A stretch of 64,000 nt of DNA from Lama guanicoe. Lineage: Eukaryota. Shown piece by piece: positions 24,080-36,213 of the stretch. The notes beneath the pieces were generated by a model that saw nothing but the letters and a program-made list of their open reading frames with translations, was not told where the DNA came from and made no database searches. Both the position numbers and the translations under genes were made by a program. Location: NCBI GenBank assembly GCA_013239625.1, contig MU053994.1:1677775-1741774 (forward strand), given 5' to 3'. Position 1 is the stretch's first letter. The number at the start of each line of letters is the position of its first letter.

Positions 24080-24400
24080 AGCGAAAATTAAGGCACATTC
24101 AATGAAATGTTCTATGCCCAGGCTATCACATGAAGGCCATTGTTGGCCATCAATTTCTCAGCTCAAATTAATCTATTGATCACCACTGTTGTAACATACT
24201 TAATATCAGACATGAAATTATCTACCCAGAATAGCTTCCAAGTTGCTGTAGTAATGGGAGGTGGACAGTGGGGGCTCTGTTAATGGTATTTCATAGGAAG
24301 CATCATTGCATTTTTGCATCCCCCCCAATGGAATGTCCATTTTTAGCTCAGATCCCGTTGGAAAAGGACTCATCCTGCCCCTGAAGGAAAATTAAACTCT
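24080..24400. promoter_or_regulatory. Candidate conserved non-coding element
   Basis: AT-rich unique block with CATTGTT 24138, ATCAAT 24149, TATTGAT 24174, X-box-like GTTGCTGTAGTAAT 24242-24255. Confidence 0.4.
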
Positions 24401-24840
24401 CTCTCTGCTCTAGAGCAGTGGACTGATCACAGTTGGAAACCAAGTGCTCGGGTTAGAGGAGAGGCTGCTGGGCAGCTAAAGGAAAAAGCTGATCTGCCCT
24501 ATCCTCAATAGAACAGACTTTCTTAGACATCACCCTCAAATGCCTGCATCTAGAGGGGCCTTTGAGCATGAGCTGAAGCAAGTGAGCAAGCCTGGCACCC
24601 ACAGCCTCTCAAGATAGGGGTGGCACTTACACAGCACATGTGCCCCCGATTTTCCTGCCAAGCCCCTGGCAGACATCACTAATTAATCAAGGCCTTCCAA
24701 GATGAGGGGAGGCCTCATACTCCTCAATATCTCTCTGGGAAACCCAGAAGAAGAAGATCTAGCAAGGAGACTTCCCTGGGTTGTGGGTGTTGAAAGGGGT
24801 AGGGATCCTAGTAGCGAAAATCATTACTAAGAGCAGTGGG

Positions 24841-24933
24841 TGTATGTGTAACTGAATCGCTTTGCTGTACACCTGAAATTAACCCTGAAAATCAACTACA
24901 CTTCAATAAAAATTAGAATTTTTTTTAAAAAGG
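24841..24933 (+). mobile_element. Very short artiodactyl-type L1 3' end
   Basis: taactgaatcgctttgctgtacacctgaaattaac...aatcaactacacttcaataaaa; imperfect TSD agagcagtggg 24830-24840 / agagcggttggg 24934-24945. Confidence 0.85.
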
Positions 24934-26399
24934 AGAGCGGTTGGGACTAGACAGCACAATGCATTGCTGATTACTCTGAATTTGATGTATGCAGTTATTC
25001 CTCTGTTAATTGAATAGTAAATATATATATATTTTTTTATTTCAGAAGGCAGACTGTCTCTTCTTTCTGTGGTCCTAATAGAAAGTAACCCTTTGGAGTA
25101 TCATTATATTGATATAGTAGACAATGAAACCTACAATAGCAATCAAGTGTACCCTTCCACCATAGTGGGGACAAGCCAGGAGGGGAAGAAGCTGTAAAAT
25201 TCCCCTGTTTCATAATTGTGTACAAGCCAGAGCAGGGCAGGACCCCATGACCAAATGACTCCTTAAAGGTAAAAATGATGACTTTCCTATGCAGAAAACA
25301 TGCCCAAAGGAACAGGTTACCAATGGCTAGGGCTGCCGTGTTGTACATGGGGACAGCATCCACATTGTATTTTATGAGATCTGCTTTCCCTGAGTGTGTG
25401 TAACGGAGCAGCTCTGCCCACCAGTGACTGAGTTGAGGTTCAATGGGAAAGGCTACCCACGACCCACAACCTGCGAAGGCACAGGGCCCTGGGAAGAGCC
25501 ATCTCAGGCCAGGATCAATCTACCCAGTGATAAATAAAACAGAAGCGTGTCTCCCATTCAGCTGTTGTTCCCCATGCGTCTAGCTCCCCAGATAGGAGGA
25601 GTCAGGCCCCCACCCCCTTCTGCAACCTCAACAGATTCTGAAGCTTGGCTGCTGGGCAGAGAGGGGAGTTGCTGACGAGCCTGCAGACAGCCCTCTATTA
25701 TCACATCCCCACCCCGGGAGGACTGACAGCCACACGCAGCCACAGCGTCGCTCCCGGGGCCAGCTGCTGATGTACGGCGTGGCTCAGATCCAACCATCAA
25801 AATGGCTTTTTCCTTATGGCTGAGGTGGCAGACTGAGTCTACCTCTCCAAGGGGAGGTGAAATGGTGACTCAGTCGCTGTTAACCTCGCATTTAACCCGT
25901 CTGTGCTCCTGACACGGCGGAGCCAGCCCGTCTCTATTCATCGCAGCGCCACATGCTCCCTGAGGTGACCGCGGTGTGCCAGCTCATCTGCCTCCACTTA
26001 GCCCTCCTCTCCTCCCTCGGCTCCTTGGGGACAATCCTTCCCTCCCCTCACCCCCGCCTCCCTGCTGCAGAACCGGACCAAAAAAAAAAAAAAAACTAGC
26101 TCCTTTGGGCATTTGTTGATGGGATGAATTCCACGTCTTGGACCTGCCTCTGGTCTGAGTGTCAAAAAAGTGAGCAGGTTGCTGATGAAAGGCAATAGAG
26201 GGGTGCTTCTCTCCAGTAGCTGGACACCACGTATTTTCTGCCCCTGGGGCAGGATCAAACTTCACAGAACTGAGCATCCTTCTTAATGTCCCATTTGGCC
26301 AAAGAGGCGATAGGTGAGATCATGGCATGACCTGTGCAAGGGGACTACAACTAGATCTGGCTCCCAGGTGGAGACTTTAACATCTACCAATACATTTGA

Positions 26400-26560
26400 G
26401 CGATGATTTGTACTCATTGGGAACCACTGAAAGCTCCAGAAGAGGCCAGTAGATATGCAGAGTGATATTTTGAGAAAATGTGCCAGAGGAAAGCCTGGGG
26501 ATAGATGACCAGTTAGGGGTTCTGCAATATCATAGGAGAAAGGGAGCATCTGGTCTACAG
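26400..26560 (-). mobile_element. Degenerate L2 fragment
   Basis: gggaaccactgaaagct...gatattttgagaaaat...gaccagttagggg. Confidence 0.5.
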
Positions 26561-28334
26561 CAAAAGTCTAGAAAGTTCCAAGAAGTAGGGGCAAGCTGCG
26601 AGGCTGAGCAAGCAAAGAAGTCAAGGCAACAGTCTCCTCCTGAAGTCCACCCAGAATGGAAGTGATGCAGTCTTAGAGAACATCCCAGCCAGCCTCCTCT
26701 TTTCACCGGTGAGGAAACTGCGATCAGAGCCCAGAGGAAGTGCCTCTATTAAGTGCCAGGTCAGGGCCAGCCACTCTGCAAGTACTTTATCATTTCTCCC
26801 CAATAATCCAGTGAGCCATTTTCCCTGGGACCATGAAACTTGGCACAAAAAGGTTCACAGATTTGCCCTGGGCCAGGACTAATCAGCCTACCCTTCACTC
26901 CACACTCAGCCACCTCTCTGAAGGAAAAGGGCCTGATTTTCTAGGAAGCAGCAGTGGCCCAAGAGAAATGGCCTTGGTTTTAGATCAAAGGGCAAGAGTG
27001 GGAGAGATAGCCCAAAGCACAGCGCCCACCAAAGGTGGAGAATATAAAGGGGGACCCAGATGTGGAACATGGGGGCAACTACAAGTAGCCCGGAAAAGAG
27101 GCGTGGTGTGATGAGTCAGCAGAAAACCAGAAAGCTGAGTTCAGTCGGAAAGTCCTTTGGTAATGATTCAAGCCCCTGTCCGCAGCCAAGAGCCCTGGTG
27201 AGAATCAGGCCACACTCAGAGAAGATGGCTCATCAGCAAAGGGGCAGTGGGGAGGGGGAGAGGATGCTTGTGCATGTGGTTTTTTGAGGGTGGGCTCTCC
27301 AGAGAATTTTGAAGGGGAGTGAGGGAAGCAGGGCAAATGGTGAAACAGAGATGTGGGCTTAGTGGAAGGCGAGGGCAATGAATTGTCTCCTTCTGCCCAG
27401 GACAGAGGGTTTCCCAGGACACGAACTTCCAGAGAGAAATTGACAATTGCAGGAAAACTGGGACAGATTGGGCACCATGCTTCACCCTGATCCCACCGGG
27501 AGCCACCGGGAGCTCAGGAACAGGAAGGTCACCACGGATTTGTCCCCTCCCCTTAAAGCAAAGAGTCCAGGCTTTCATACCCTTGGCAGAGGTCGTTGGC
27601 TATGCCTCTCCCTGCCCCCGGGTGGGGTGTAACCTCCCAGTTACCTCTGGGGAAAGTACGTCCCATTGGCTGAGAGCAGTCCCCCTGAGAAGGAGGCAGC
27701 TGTGAGCTGATGCTCGTGGACACCAAATCTGGCCAGTGGGCAGGTGCACCAGCCAGGTAAAGGGGATCAGGGCGAGGCACAAACAGTGTCTGTGATGAGA
27801 AGAACATGGCCTCTGAAGCTCCACCTCTTCCCCTGGCCCTAGCCCCCTGAGCTCGCAAGCCTCTTCTCCCTTGAGAGGCAGCAAAGTGACTCCAACTCTT
27901 ATTGACAGAGGCACGTGTCCTGGGGGGCTCCTGGGGGCGTGTTTGTGGGTAGGTCGGCTCAGTCTCTTGCCTCCCACAGGTGCTACTGAAATTGTTGGAG
28001 GCTTACACCGAGGCCTCTTTGATGCAGGTGACAAGGCTCCAGGTGACACTTGCGGTTCTGTTAACCATCAACAACACGGAGGAAAACAGCACTCCAAACA
28101 CAAATCTACATTCAGTCAAGCTTTGAGACAGACGAGAAACTCTTCACTCATCAGTAACCGCCTGTCACCTGTGGTTTTTCTTTGCTGACTGCAAGGATTC
28201 CTTAGGACTCCTTAACAATGTATCAAGTTTGATGGCAGTTATTAGTTTAATACCTTTAAAAATACAGTTATTGTGGAATGAATAGAGATGTGAAATGCAA
28301 CATATTCCTAAGGTTCGTAGGAGGTTTTTCCAGG

Positions 28335-28597
28335 AATTTGCTTAACAAGCATTTATGGAGGGCCTACTGTGTACCAGCTGGCTGAGCGCTGCATGCTGGG
28401 GGTGGGAGATGGATAGCACAAGGTCCCTATCCTCTGGGAGTTCACAGTCCAGATGCCAAAACAGAAGAATTCCAATGAAAGTGCTAAGGAATTACAGAGT
28501 ATGGGGCATCCGCTGTACCTGGGGCAGGGCACTGGGGGTGAGGGGTCTTGAAGGTTTCCTTGAAAGTTGATCCTTAAAGATGAAGAGTTTGTCAGGT
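28335..28597 (-). mobile_element. L2 3' region
   Basis: aacaagcatttatggagggcctactgtgtacca...ggagttcacagtccag...gaaggtttccttga. Confidence 0.75.
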
Positions 28598-29040
28598 TGA
28601 AGCAGACACTGCTAATCATCCCCTCAATATCTGTTCTCCATGTTTTGCTTATTTTAGGTTGAAAAAAGGTCATCTAGAATAAAAACTACATTTCCCAGAC
28701 GCCGTTGCAGCTAGACCTGGCCATCTAGAATAAAAACTACATTTCCCAGACGCCTTTGCAGCTAGACCTGGCCAGTGACTAAGGTTTTTGGTCAATGGGA
28801 TTCAGGTGCCCTGCGTGACTTCCAAGAAGTGTCCTGAAATGGAAGAACCATGCCTTTTTTTCATCTCTCCCTCTATCCTGTTGGTTGTTGGACTGCAGGG
28901 GTAATGGCTGGCACTTATGCAGCCATCCTAAACCATGAAGTGCACTCATGTGCTAAAGAGAGTGGAACCAAAAAATGGAAGAAGCCTGAGTCTCTGACAA
29001 CTTTGTGAAACGACTTGAGTAGCCTTGGGCTGTGTACTTT
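28598..29040 (+). mobile_element. MaLR solo LTR (MLT1J-like)
   Basis: actacatttcccag...ttgcagctag...atggctggcact...gcagccatc...ggaagaagcctgagtctctga. Confidence 0.85.
28671..28772. repeat. 51-bp tandem duplication, one mismatch
   Basis: Units 28671-28721 and 28722-28772 differ only at 28704 (g) vs 28755 (t). Confidence 0.95.
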
Positions 29041-29096
29041 TTCTTGCCCCTTCCAATTTCTCATTAGCCCTTCAGTATTTCCTCTCTCTTCACCCC

Positions 29097-29545
29097 TGTG
29101 GTGGGTGCCAGTGTGTACTGACTAGAGCCCTTTTCAGGAAGGAAGGACTTGCAGCCCAGGCTGCTGGAAGTGGTGTCAGCAAATAGCCTCTGGCTGTCAG
29201 CCTCCTGGGGGCGGGCGCCTCACCGAAAGTCATGCTTCTTCCCGATGTGGTGTCCATCGATGAGTGATTGGTGTGGGGTTAGGGAGGCCTGGCTATCTCA
29301 GCACAACTGAGGACCCCTCCGAAGGGCTGTCCCTTAGCTCCAGAGCTCCCTGAGGCATCAGCTGAGGCTGTTTGGGGGCCTGCGTTGCAGATCAACTCCC
29401 GCTTTCTTCACCTCCTTCCCATGGTGGTTGATCTCAAGGACCCTTCTTAGTTTTATTTATTTATTTATTATTTATTTATTTATCCTGCACGTTAAACTCC
29501 ATCTCAGGGTCTGCTTCCTAGCCTTTCCAGACCCAACCTGCAACA
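29097..29545 (+). mobile_element. ERVL solo LTR (LTR16A/B-like) with internal (TTTA)n
   Basis: TG...CA ends; flanks acccc/accct (4 of 5 TSD match); 3' ctccatctcagggtctgcttcc...cccaacctgcaaca. Confidence 0.8.
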
Positions 29546-29944
29546 ACCCTGTTTTCTTGGCCCTTGGACTCTGTCCCAGTCCTTCAGCCTCTCCTTCCCC
29601 GCTCCATCTCTTAAGAGCAATTTAGGACCAATGACACCAACATCTAACACCATGTGCAATTAGCACCTAATGCAATTAGCACTTAATATGAGCTTCCTAG
29701 TGGAAAGCCTCTTAGCTGAAGTCTAAGTTAGCATTCCTTCTGGCCTTCCCCCAAATGGCCCACAGTGAGGCAATTTCGGTAAACTGAGCCCTGAGTGAAA
29801 ATCAGGGAACCTGAGTTCCCTACCAGCCTTTGCCTCCAGCTGTGTGACCGCAGATCAGCCACTCAACTTCTCTGCACTTCAGATGCTTGAACCAGAAAGC
29901 AGCAACCACAATTTCAAGTTTAGAGGACACTTTCGTCACTAAAC

Positions 29945-30165
29945 CAGGGGTTGGCAGACTATGGCTTGTGGGCCAAATCTGGCCTGTCGCCTGTTTTTTT
30001 ATAAATAAAGTTTTATTGGTACACAACAATGCCCATCTGTTTCAATATTAACTTGGTTGCTTTTGTGCTACAATGGCAGGGTTTAGTAGTTGTGACAGAG
30101 ACTGTGCCCGTAAAAACTAAAATTTACTATCCAGTCTTTTGCAGAAAAAGTTTGCTGATCCCCAG
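29945..30165 (+). mobile_element. MER58A-like hAT MITE
   Basis: caggggttggcagactatggc...taaataaagttttattgg...cagaaaaagtttgctgatcccc. Confidence 0.9.
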
Positions 30166-30224
30166 TTTAAATGAATTAAGATGCTATTGTATTTCTTGCC
30201 TCAAGAGTTAGGATTGGAATCTGT

Positions 30225-30735
30225 GCACACATTCAGTATTTTCTGGGCACCTACGAAGTGCAAAGCCCTGTTGTAGACACTGGGGCTACAGCAGTGAGCA
30301 AACCATTTGCAGTCCCTGTTCCCCTAAAGCCTACATTCCAGTGGATGAGACAGACGGGTAAGCAAACCAATAAATGTATGCCAGGAGGCAGTAAGTGCTA
30401 TGGAGAAAATTAAAGCCAGGACAGGAGAGAAGGATAGGGGTAAGGTGGGCCTGAGATTTTTAAGCCAAATGGTTGAGGAGGGCTCCTCTGATGGGGTAGT
30501 ATTGGAGCAGAAACCTGAAGGAAGTGAGAGAGGGAGCCATGTAGATATCAGAGGCGAAAGCATTCCTGGCAGAGGGAACAGCCAGTGCAAAGGTCCTGAG
30601 GCAGGAGCACAGCTGGTTTGTTAGAGACACAGAAGGATCCCAGTGTAGCTGGAACACAAAGCGGGAGGGAGAGACAAGGAGGAGTTGAGGCCAAGGTGGT
30701 CATAGAGAGTCAGATCCCAGAGGGCATTGCAGGGC
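30225..30735 (-). mobile_element. L2 (L2a-like) 3' region
   Basis: agcattcctggcagagggaacagccagtgcaaaggtcctgaggcagg. Confidence 0.9.
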
Positions 30736-30739
30736 ATTG

Positions 30740-31125
30740 ATGTGACATTGCATGGCATCCAAGGGCAGGTCAGAAAAGGCCACGTGGCTTCCACTTGGCT
30801 CTCAGAACACTCACTCTGGAGGATGCCAACTGCCATGCAAGAAGTCCAACCACCCTGAGACCGCCATGCTGGAAGGTCCTCTCAGAGGTGCCCCCACCCA
30901 CAGTATCAACTGAGCGCAGGCTGACAACCTGCATCAACACCAACCCCGTGGGTGCACCATCTTGGACATCCAGCTCGGTCCAGCTTTCAAATGACTCCCA
31001 AATGGCATCTGAGTGTAACAGCACGAGAGACTCCAAGTGAGAACTGCTTAGCCAAACCCTTTCCGATTTCCTGGCCCAGAAAACCATGAGCAAAGAAAAT
31101 CTGCACAGCAATAATAATTGAAACA
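30740..31125 (+). mobile_element. MaLR LTR (MLT1F/G/H-like)
   Basis: ctgccatgcaagaagtccaaccaccctgagaccgccatgctgga...cacagcaataataattgaaaca. Confidence 0.75.
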
Positions 31126-31479
31126 TCACTGATTTTGGAAACTCACCGCCAAGGATCTGTAGGTAGACCGGTCACAGGAGGTCCCCGCACACGTGCAGAG
31201 GAACAGACGTCACAAGAGCAGCATCCTCCCACCGTGAGCTTTTCTCCTCCAGGATAATCCCCATTGAACACCCAGGGTGATGGGACCCTTGGCATCCTAT
31301 ACCCCAAGGAACGGTAAACATTGATTGGGTTTTGATCCTTCAGTCAGCTCCCCTACATGGGTGGTGGCGTTGGAGGGGTGGTGGCATGGGAGGGGTGGGT
31401 CTCAAACCGCAAAGAATCGTCCCCATGGGCTGAGCAGCATCTAATGCAAAACAGAGAGTGGTGGGCCACGGAGTCCAAC

Positions 31480-31860
31480 GAGGGAGAGATTTATGCCTCT
31501 TACTCTCCATCTGCAAAGCAAAACAAAAATAGCTGAAACGCCGGTTTTCTGCTTTATCGGCTCTGTGAATAAGCATATAAATTTCTATGACATTTCTGGA
31601 GGCTTGCTGAAGGGGAAAAAAGCCATCCCCCAGGACGCGGCCGGCAGCAGCGGCAGCATATGGTTTGCTGAGAGCGGAGGCAGAGTACGCTGTGTGTCTG
31701 TGAGCGCTGAAAAAGGTGACTTTGCGGGTAATTTCAGACTCAAGGCAGTGTTTTCACCTTTTCTTTTTAATTTTCCTTTTTTTCATTAAAAAGAGTCTTG
31801 CCTGAGCCCAGGCAGCTGTCATGGCCAATCACTCCTCCGCGGGGAGGTGAGATTGTGCTG
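31480..31860. promoter_or_regulatory. Candidate conserved non-coding element
   Basis: Repeat-free, CpG-retaining; GATTTATG, CATATG, CAGCTGTCA and GGCCAATCA motifs. Confidence 0.35.
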
Positions 31861-32799
31861 GGCCGTGGGGAAGCGCAGGGAGGCAGGTCTGCACTCGGGC
31901 TCCTCCAGGCTCCAGGCGGCCCGGGATACCATGCTCGGCCTCTGGAACGAGGGAAGAGCATCCCATTAAGAAGCTCACACAGGAGAAAGAGGGAAGTATT
32001 CTGCAGGACATGCGGAAAGACCCAAATAACTGAAGAACAGAACCAGAGCCTGGCTTTTTGTCTCACTCCAGAGATTCCTCCCTCCAGTGAGGACTCAGGC
32101 AAGAAGTTCAGTGAAGATGTCTCTAACCCCAGCAGGCAGGAACCCGCACTGACATCAAGTCAACATCAGCCTGGCAGGGAGACAAGTCCTGCTGCTTCTG
32201 CCGGGAGAAAGAAAGGGCACAGCCTGTGTGCAGTTCCATGGGGTTAGGGAAGCCTAAAGAACTATTCAGCTCATTCTGTACTTATATTCCACAATTAGGT
32301 TGATTCTGTGGCTCAAGCCAAATAAGGGACCTGTCCCTTTTCAGGTTGTAATTATGCCTTTCTCTGATGTACATAAGTACGTTGGTTTCTTATCAGTCAC
32401 TTACACTTTAGTATGAGTGAATGCATTAGAAACTACCCTAAAAGTAAATTGTTTGCAGAAGAGGGAGAAAGAACATGAAGACAATGAGTAGAGGAAGGGA
32501 CTTATGGCAAAGGATGGACAGAGAGATTCAAGGAAGGAATAGAAAGGGAAACAGTATCCCACAGACAAACTAGCTTTTGTTACAGGTTTACCCAGGACCC
32601 CACCCTGCTGAGGGGAGAAAATGGCTAGAAATACTCAGAAACAGAAAGAGTGCAAGCAGAAGCTCTGTTTCGGGGGTGAAGAAACAGGCTGTCCTCTCTC
32701 CCTCTTTCTAAAACCAGCTTCATCCTGCTCCTGTCTGAGTGCCCCACTGCAATCACCCAGACCCAGTGTGCTGAACATTTGCAGAATAAAGTGACACGC

Positions 32800-33145
32800 T
32801 TAAGAAGAAAACGAAAACTTCTCCCCTTGGCATGTGAAGCCCATCACAACTTGGCTTTGACTTTTTTTCCCCAGTCTTATCTCCTACAGCCTGTCCTCCC
32901 CTACTCAGCTTTATCTATGTGCCCTGCTCCCCACTTTCCCTCTCATCATTCCCTAAGTCCATCTTGTATTTCCCCCACCTTTCTCTTTGCCCAAACTATC
33001 TTCTCTCCCTGGACTGCCCTTCCATTCCTCACCGCCTGTCAAATTCCTACACTTCTTCCAAAATCCTCATCAAATTACACTTCCTCAAATTTTCCAAGAT
33101 CTTCCCATAAACTTCCTTCCTCCTCTTTCATTATGCCTTAGCACA
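32800..33145 (+). mobile_element. Degenerate L2 fragment
   Basis: aaacttctccccttggcatgtgaagcccatcacaacttggc...tctccctggactgcccttcc. Confidence 0.55.
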
Positions 33146-33177
33146 CTCTCTGAAGGTCTCTTGTCAGACTTTGCCTT

Positions 33178-33330
33178 GAGTCTAAGTTTGGTTTCCCTCC
33201 AAAAGCAGAACCCGAGACAAGGATTTGGATGCAAGTTGCTTATTTAAGAGATGCTCTCAGGGACCACAGTGAGGGAGCAGGGAGAGTGAGCTCAAACAGG
33301 GAGGGAGGCCAATAAGAGGAGGTTATCCCT
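33178..33330 (-). mobile_element. ERVL LTR (LTR16-like) interrupted by MLT2, resuming at about 33808-33865
   Basis: gtctaagtttggtttccctccaaaagcagaacccgagacaaggatttggatgcaag. Confidence 0.7.
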
Positions 33331-33807
33331 TATGATGGTTAATTATATGTGCCAACTTAACTGAGCTACCAGGTACCCAGATATTTGGTCAAACATTATT
33401 CTGGGTGTGTCTGTGAGGGTGCTTCTGAATGAGGTTAACATTCCAACCTGTAGACTGAGTAAAGCATATTGCCCTCCCCGATGTGGGTGGGCCTCATCCA
33501 ATCAGTTGAAGGCCTGATAGACCAAAAGGGCTGAGTAACAGGAAATTCCTCCTGTGTGTCTGAGCTGGGGCAGTGGTTTTTTCCTATCTTTGAACTTGAA
33601 TTGAAATATTGGCTCTTTCTGGGCCACAAGCCTGCCAGTTATCTGACTGGAACTCATGCTATCAACTCTCCCAGGTCTCCAGTTTGCCAACTCAAGATCT
33701 TGGGACATAGCCCGTATAATCATGTGAACTGATTTCTTATAATAAATCTGTATCTATATTGAGATATCTTATTTGTTCTATGTCTCTGGAGAACTCTGAC
33801 TAGTATA
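33331..33807 (+). mobile_element. MLT2 solo LTR
   Basis: tgatggttaattatatgtgccaactt...gtgggtgggcctcatccaatcagttgaaggcctga...tctctggagaactctgacta. Confidence 0.9.
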
Positions 33808-33869
33808 CCCAGTTCCCAGGGGAACCTCTGGGAAAGCAAATGACACAGGTCTCAGAATCAGCCCCTGCA

Positions 33870-34298
33870 GGGTGGATACTTTCAGACCCTCCAAGGGCTT
33901 CCTGTCTTAGACATTCATCTCTCTGCCTTCAGGCCTCCTCTGGTGGCAGAAGTGTGCTCAGCCCACACGACAGGCAGCCTGGAAGTACTAGGAGGCAACA
34001 CCCAAGAGATGACCCTCAACCAATGGGGTGGGGACAGGAATTGGTACAGAAGGACCCTGGCTTCCTTGCCCCTCCGTGGAGGGCAGCGGGGGTGCGTCCC
34101 TCACTGTCTTCCAAAAGATGCACAGCAGCACTGAGCCCATTGCCCACCTGCCCCTCAGCACACTCTACCTTAGCTTTCCTCCCATCCCTGTGTTGTTCTG
34201 CATGCCTCACTGTGCACTCTGGGATCTCTTCCCAAATAAACGATTTGCACCCACATCTTCGTCTTAGGGTCTGCTCTGAGAGAACACAGACCAGGACA
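33870..34298 (+). mobile_element. ERVL solo LTR (LTR16-like)
   Basis: ccctcaaccaatggg...ttcccaaataaacgatttgcaccc...tcttagggtctgct...caggaca. Confidence 0.75.
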
Positions 34299-36213
34299 CT
34301 CGCCATGGGCCATGCACTGTGCAAGGAGTTGGAGATTTGGAGCAGAGGAAGCTTTGGTGATGCGCCCAGAGCCACGGAATGACGGTCCCAACCATCAAAG
34401 AATATAGAAAGTCAGCTTCCTCTGAAATGTGGCACTCCCTCTGGCAGCAAGTCTCAGCATGATGAACTCTGGGGACGTGCCAGAGGGGTGACACATCACT
34501 AAACTGTTTTCTGAAAACCCCTTCCAGGGCCGCCTACTGGTCAAGCAAGAAAGTCAAGGTCATCCAGCTGTGGTGATTCATCACACCCCATTTTTAATCC
34601 AGGAAATAGTTTGCCCATTCCTTGATCCCACAAGTATCTCCTGGGGACAGCGCCACAAGCCTGGCAGATCCAGATTCCACATCAGAACCACTCTCTCCCC
34701 TGATCACCAAAGCATGGCCACGGAACCAAGATCCGCTACCACTGAAGCCACATGGGAAGCACATGGCACGGACCCCAAAGGCACGTCCACGAGACGTGTC
34801 CCCAAAGCATTTTTGAGTGCTGGTAGCCACCAGGCAATAAGGCAAATGCCTCCCAAGGTGGCCCCTCAGATACCACACTCAGGAGCAAGAGGCAGTTCTG
34901 GAAGGCTGGGTTTTAATACCAGCTCTCATGAGCTCCGAATGGTACCATTACTCGTGTTAAACCAAACAGAGAGACAAACCAAAGACGGAGAGTAAATTAT
35001 CCATGCGCCCCAGCAGGGCCCAGGAAAAGCCAAGCCAAGCCGATAAGAGAACTGTGGTGGGCTCCGGCTCAGGTTCCCGGAAATATACCCTCTACGAGGT
35101 GTGGGGTCTCTCCAGGCTGATGATAGAGAAAACCAAACCTGGCTGCTGCCAGCCCTTGATCCAGCGGCCTAGTTGACCCCGAGTCCTCCTCACACGCTTG
35201 CCTGAGCCTCTGAGGGACAGCAGGACCCCTCAGTCTGGCATGCAGGGAGCTCTCTGATCCCCTGTGTTTGGGGCACGGGGCTTTGCTGCCAGCCTAGAAG
35301 TCAGTGCCAGGGAGGGTGTGCTCTGGGCTTCTCAGTTTCGCCTGCCTTGGGCTAAATTCAGTTTACAGCCAAGTGAGGTCCGATTCTCCCTTCCCTCCTC
35401 ACCCCAGGAGGAAAGGAGTTCTTGCTCCTCCTCCTGCAGCCACATCCTCCAAAGTGCCTCCGGGGACCCCAGGGAAAGGGGAACTTCTGAGCCCCCTGCC
35501 TGAGCTGGTCCCCAGGGAGAGGTTGCGAGGGGCAGCCCCGAAATCTCCTCCTGACTTCCTGCGATGCCTCCCCGCACGATTTGGACCCTTTGACTTTCTT
35601 CTTCCAGAATCCCAAGCTTCTCTCCTTTTGTTTAATTCTTCAGGAGCCAGTGGCGGGTGGAAGGCTCCCAGAAGATGAAAGACAGAGGAGAGGGCTCCCT
35701 GGAAGGTGCATTGGGCCTCTCTGAGAGGGAACCTTCTTCTAATCCAGGGAAGAAAAATCCTGCATCTTAGGCAGTGATTAAAGATGGGCTAGGCTGTAGT
35801 TCCCAGGATCGTGGAGGAGGAAAGAGAGGAGTTATTTATTTGTTTGAAATGCCACCCAGTGCAGAAAGAGGCAAGACACATTCTGAAATTCAGCAGCAAG
35901 GTCGGAGGAGCCCAAGGCAGTCAGCCCTGTCCTGGAAATTGAGGTCTTCTCCAGGGTGGGGAGGGAGGAGAAGGAAGGGTAGAGGAGGTTCCTGCTTACC
36001 AGCATTGTAGTAAGATGAGCTCCTGTGGCTGCCCGCTGTCCAGCTACTGGTTCCTCCATCGGAAACATGGCTCTTCCACCAGCCGTCCCAACAGCATCTC
36101 CTCTGCCTGGGGAATGGTGACTCTCTTTGGGTGGATGCCCCTGCTGCCCTCAGGGGCGCCCTTCCCACACAGACATGTGCTAGTGGTCCTCTCACCCTCT
36201 GACAGAAGCCCTG

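Noticed and set aside
34645..34654. RE1 right half-site GGACAGCGCC
   Set aside because: No left half (TCAGCACC) at a suitable spacing.
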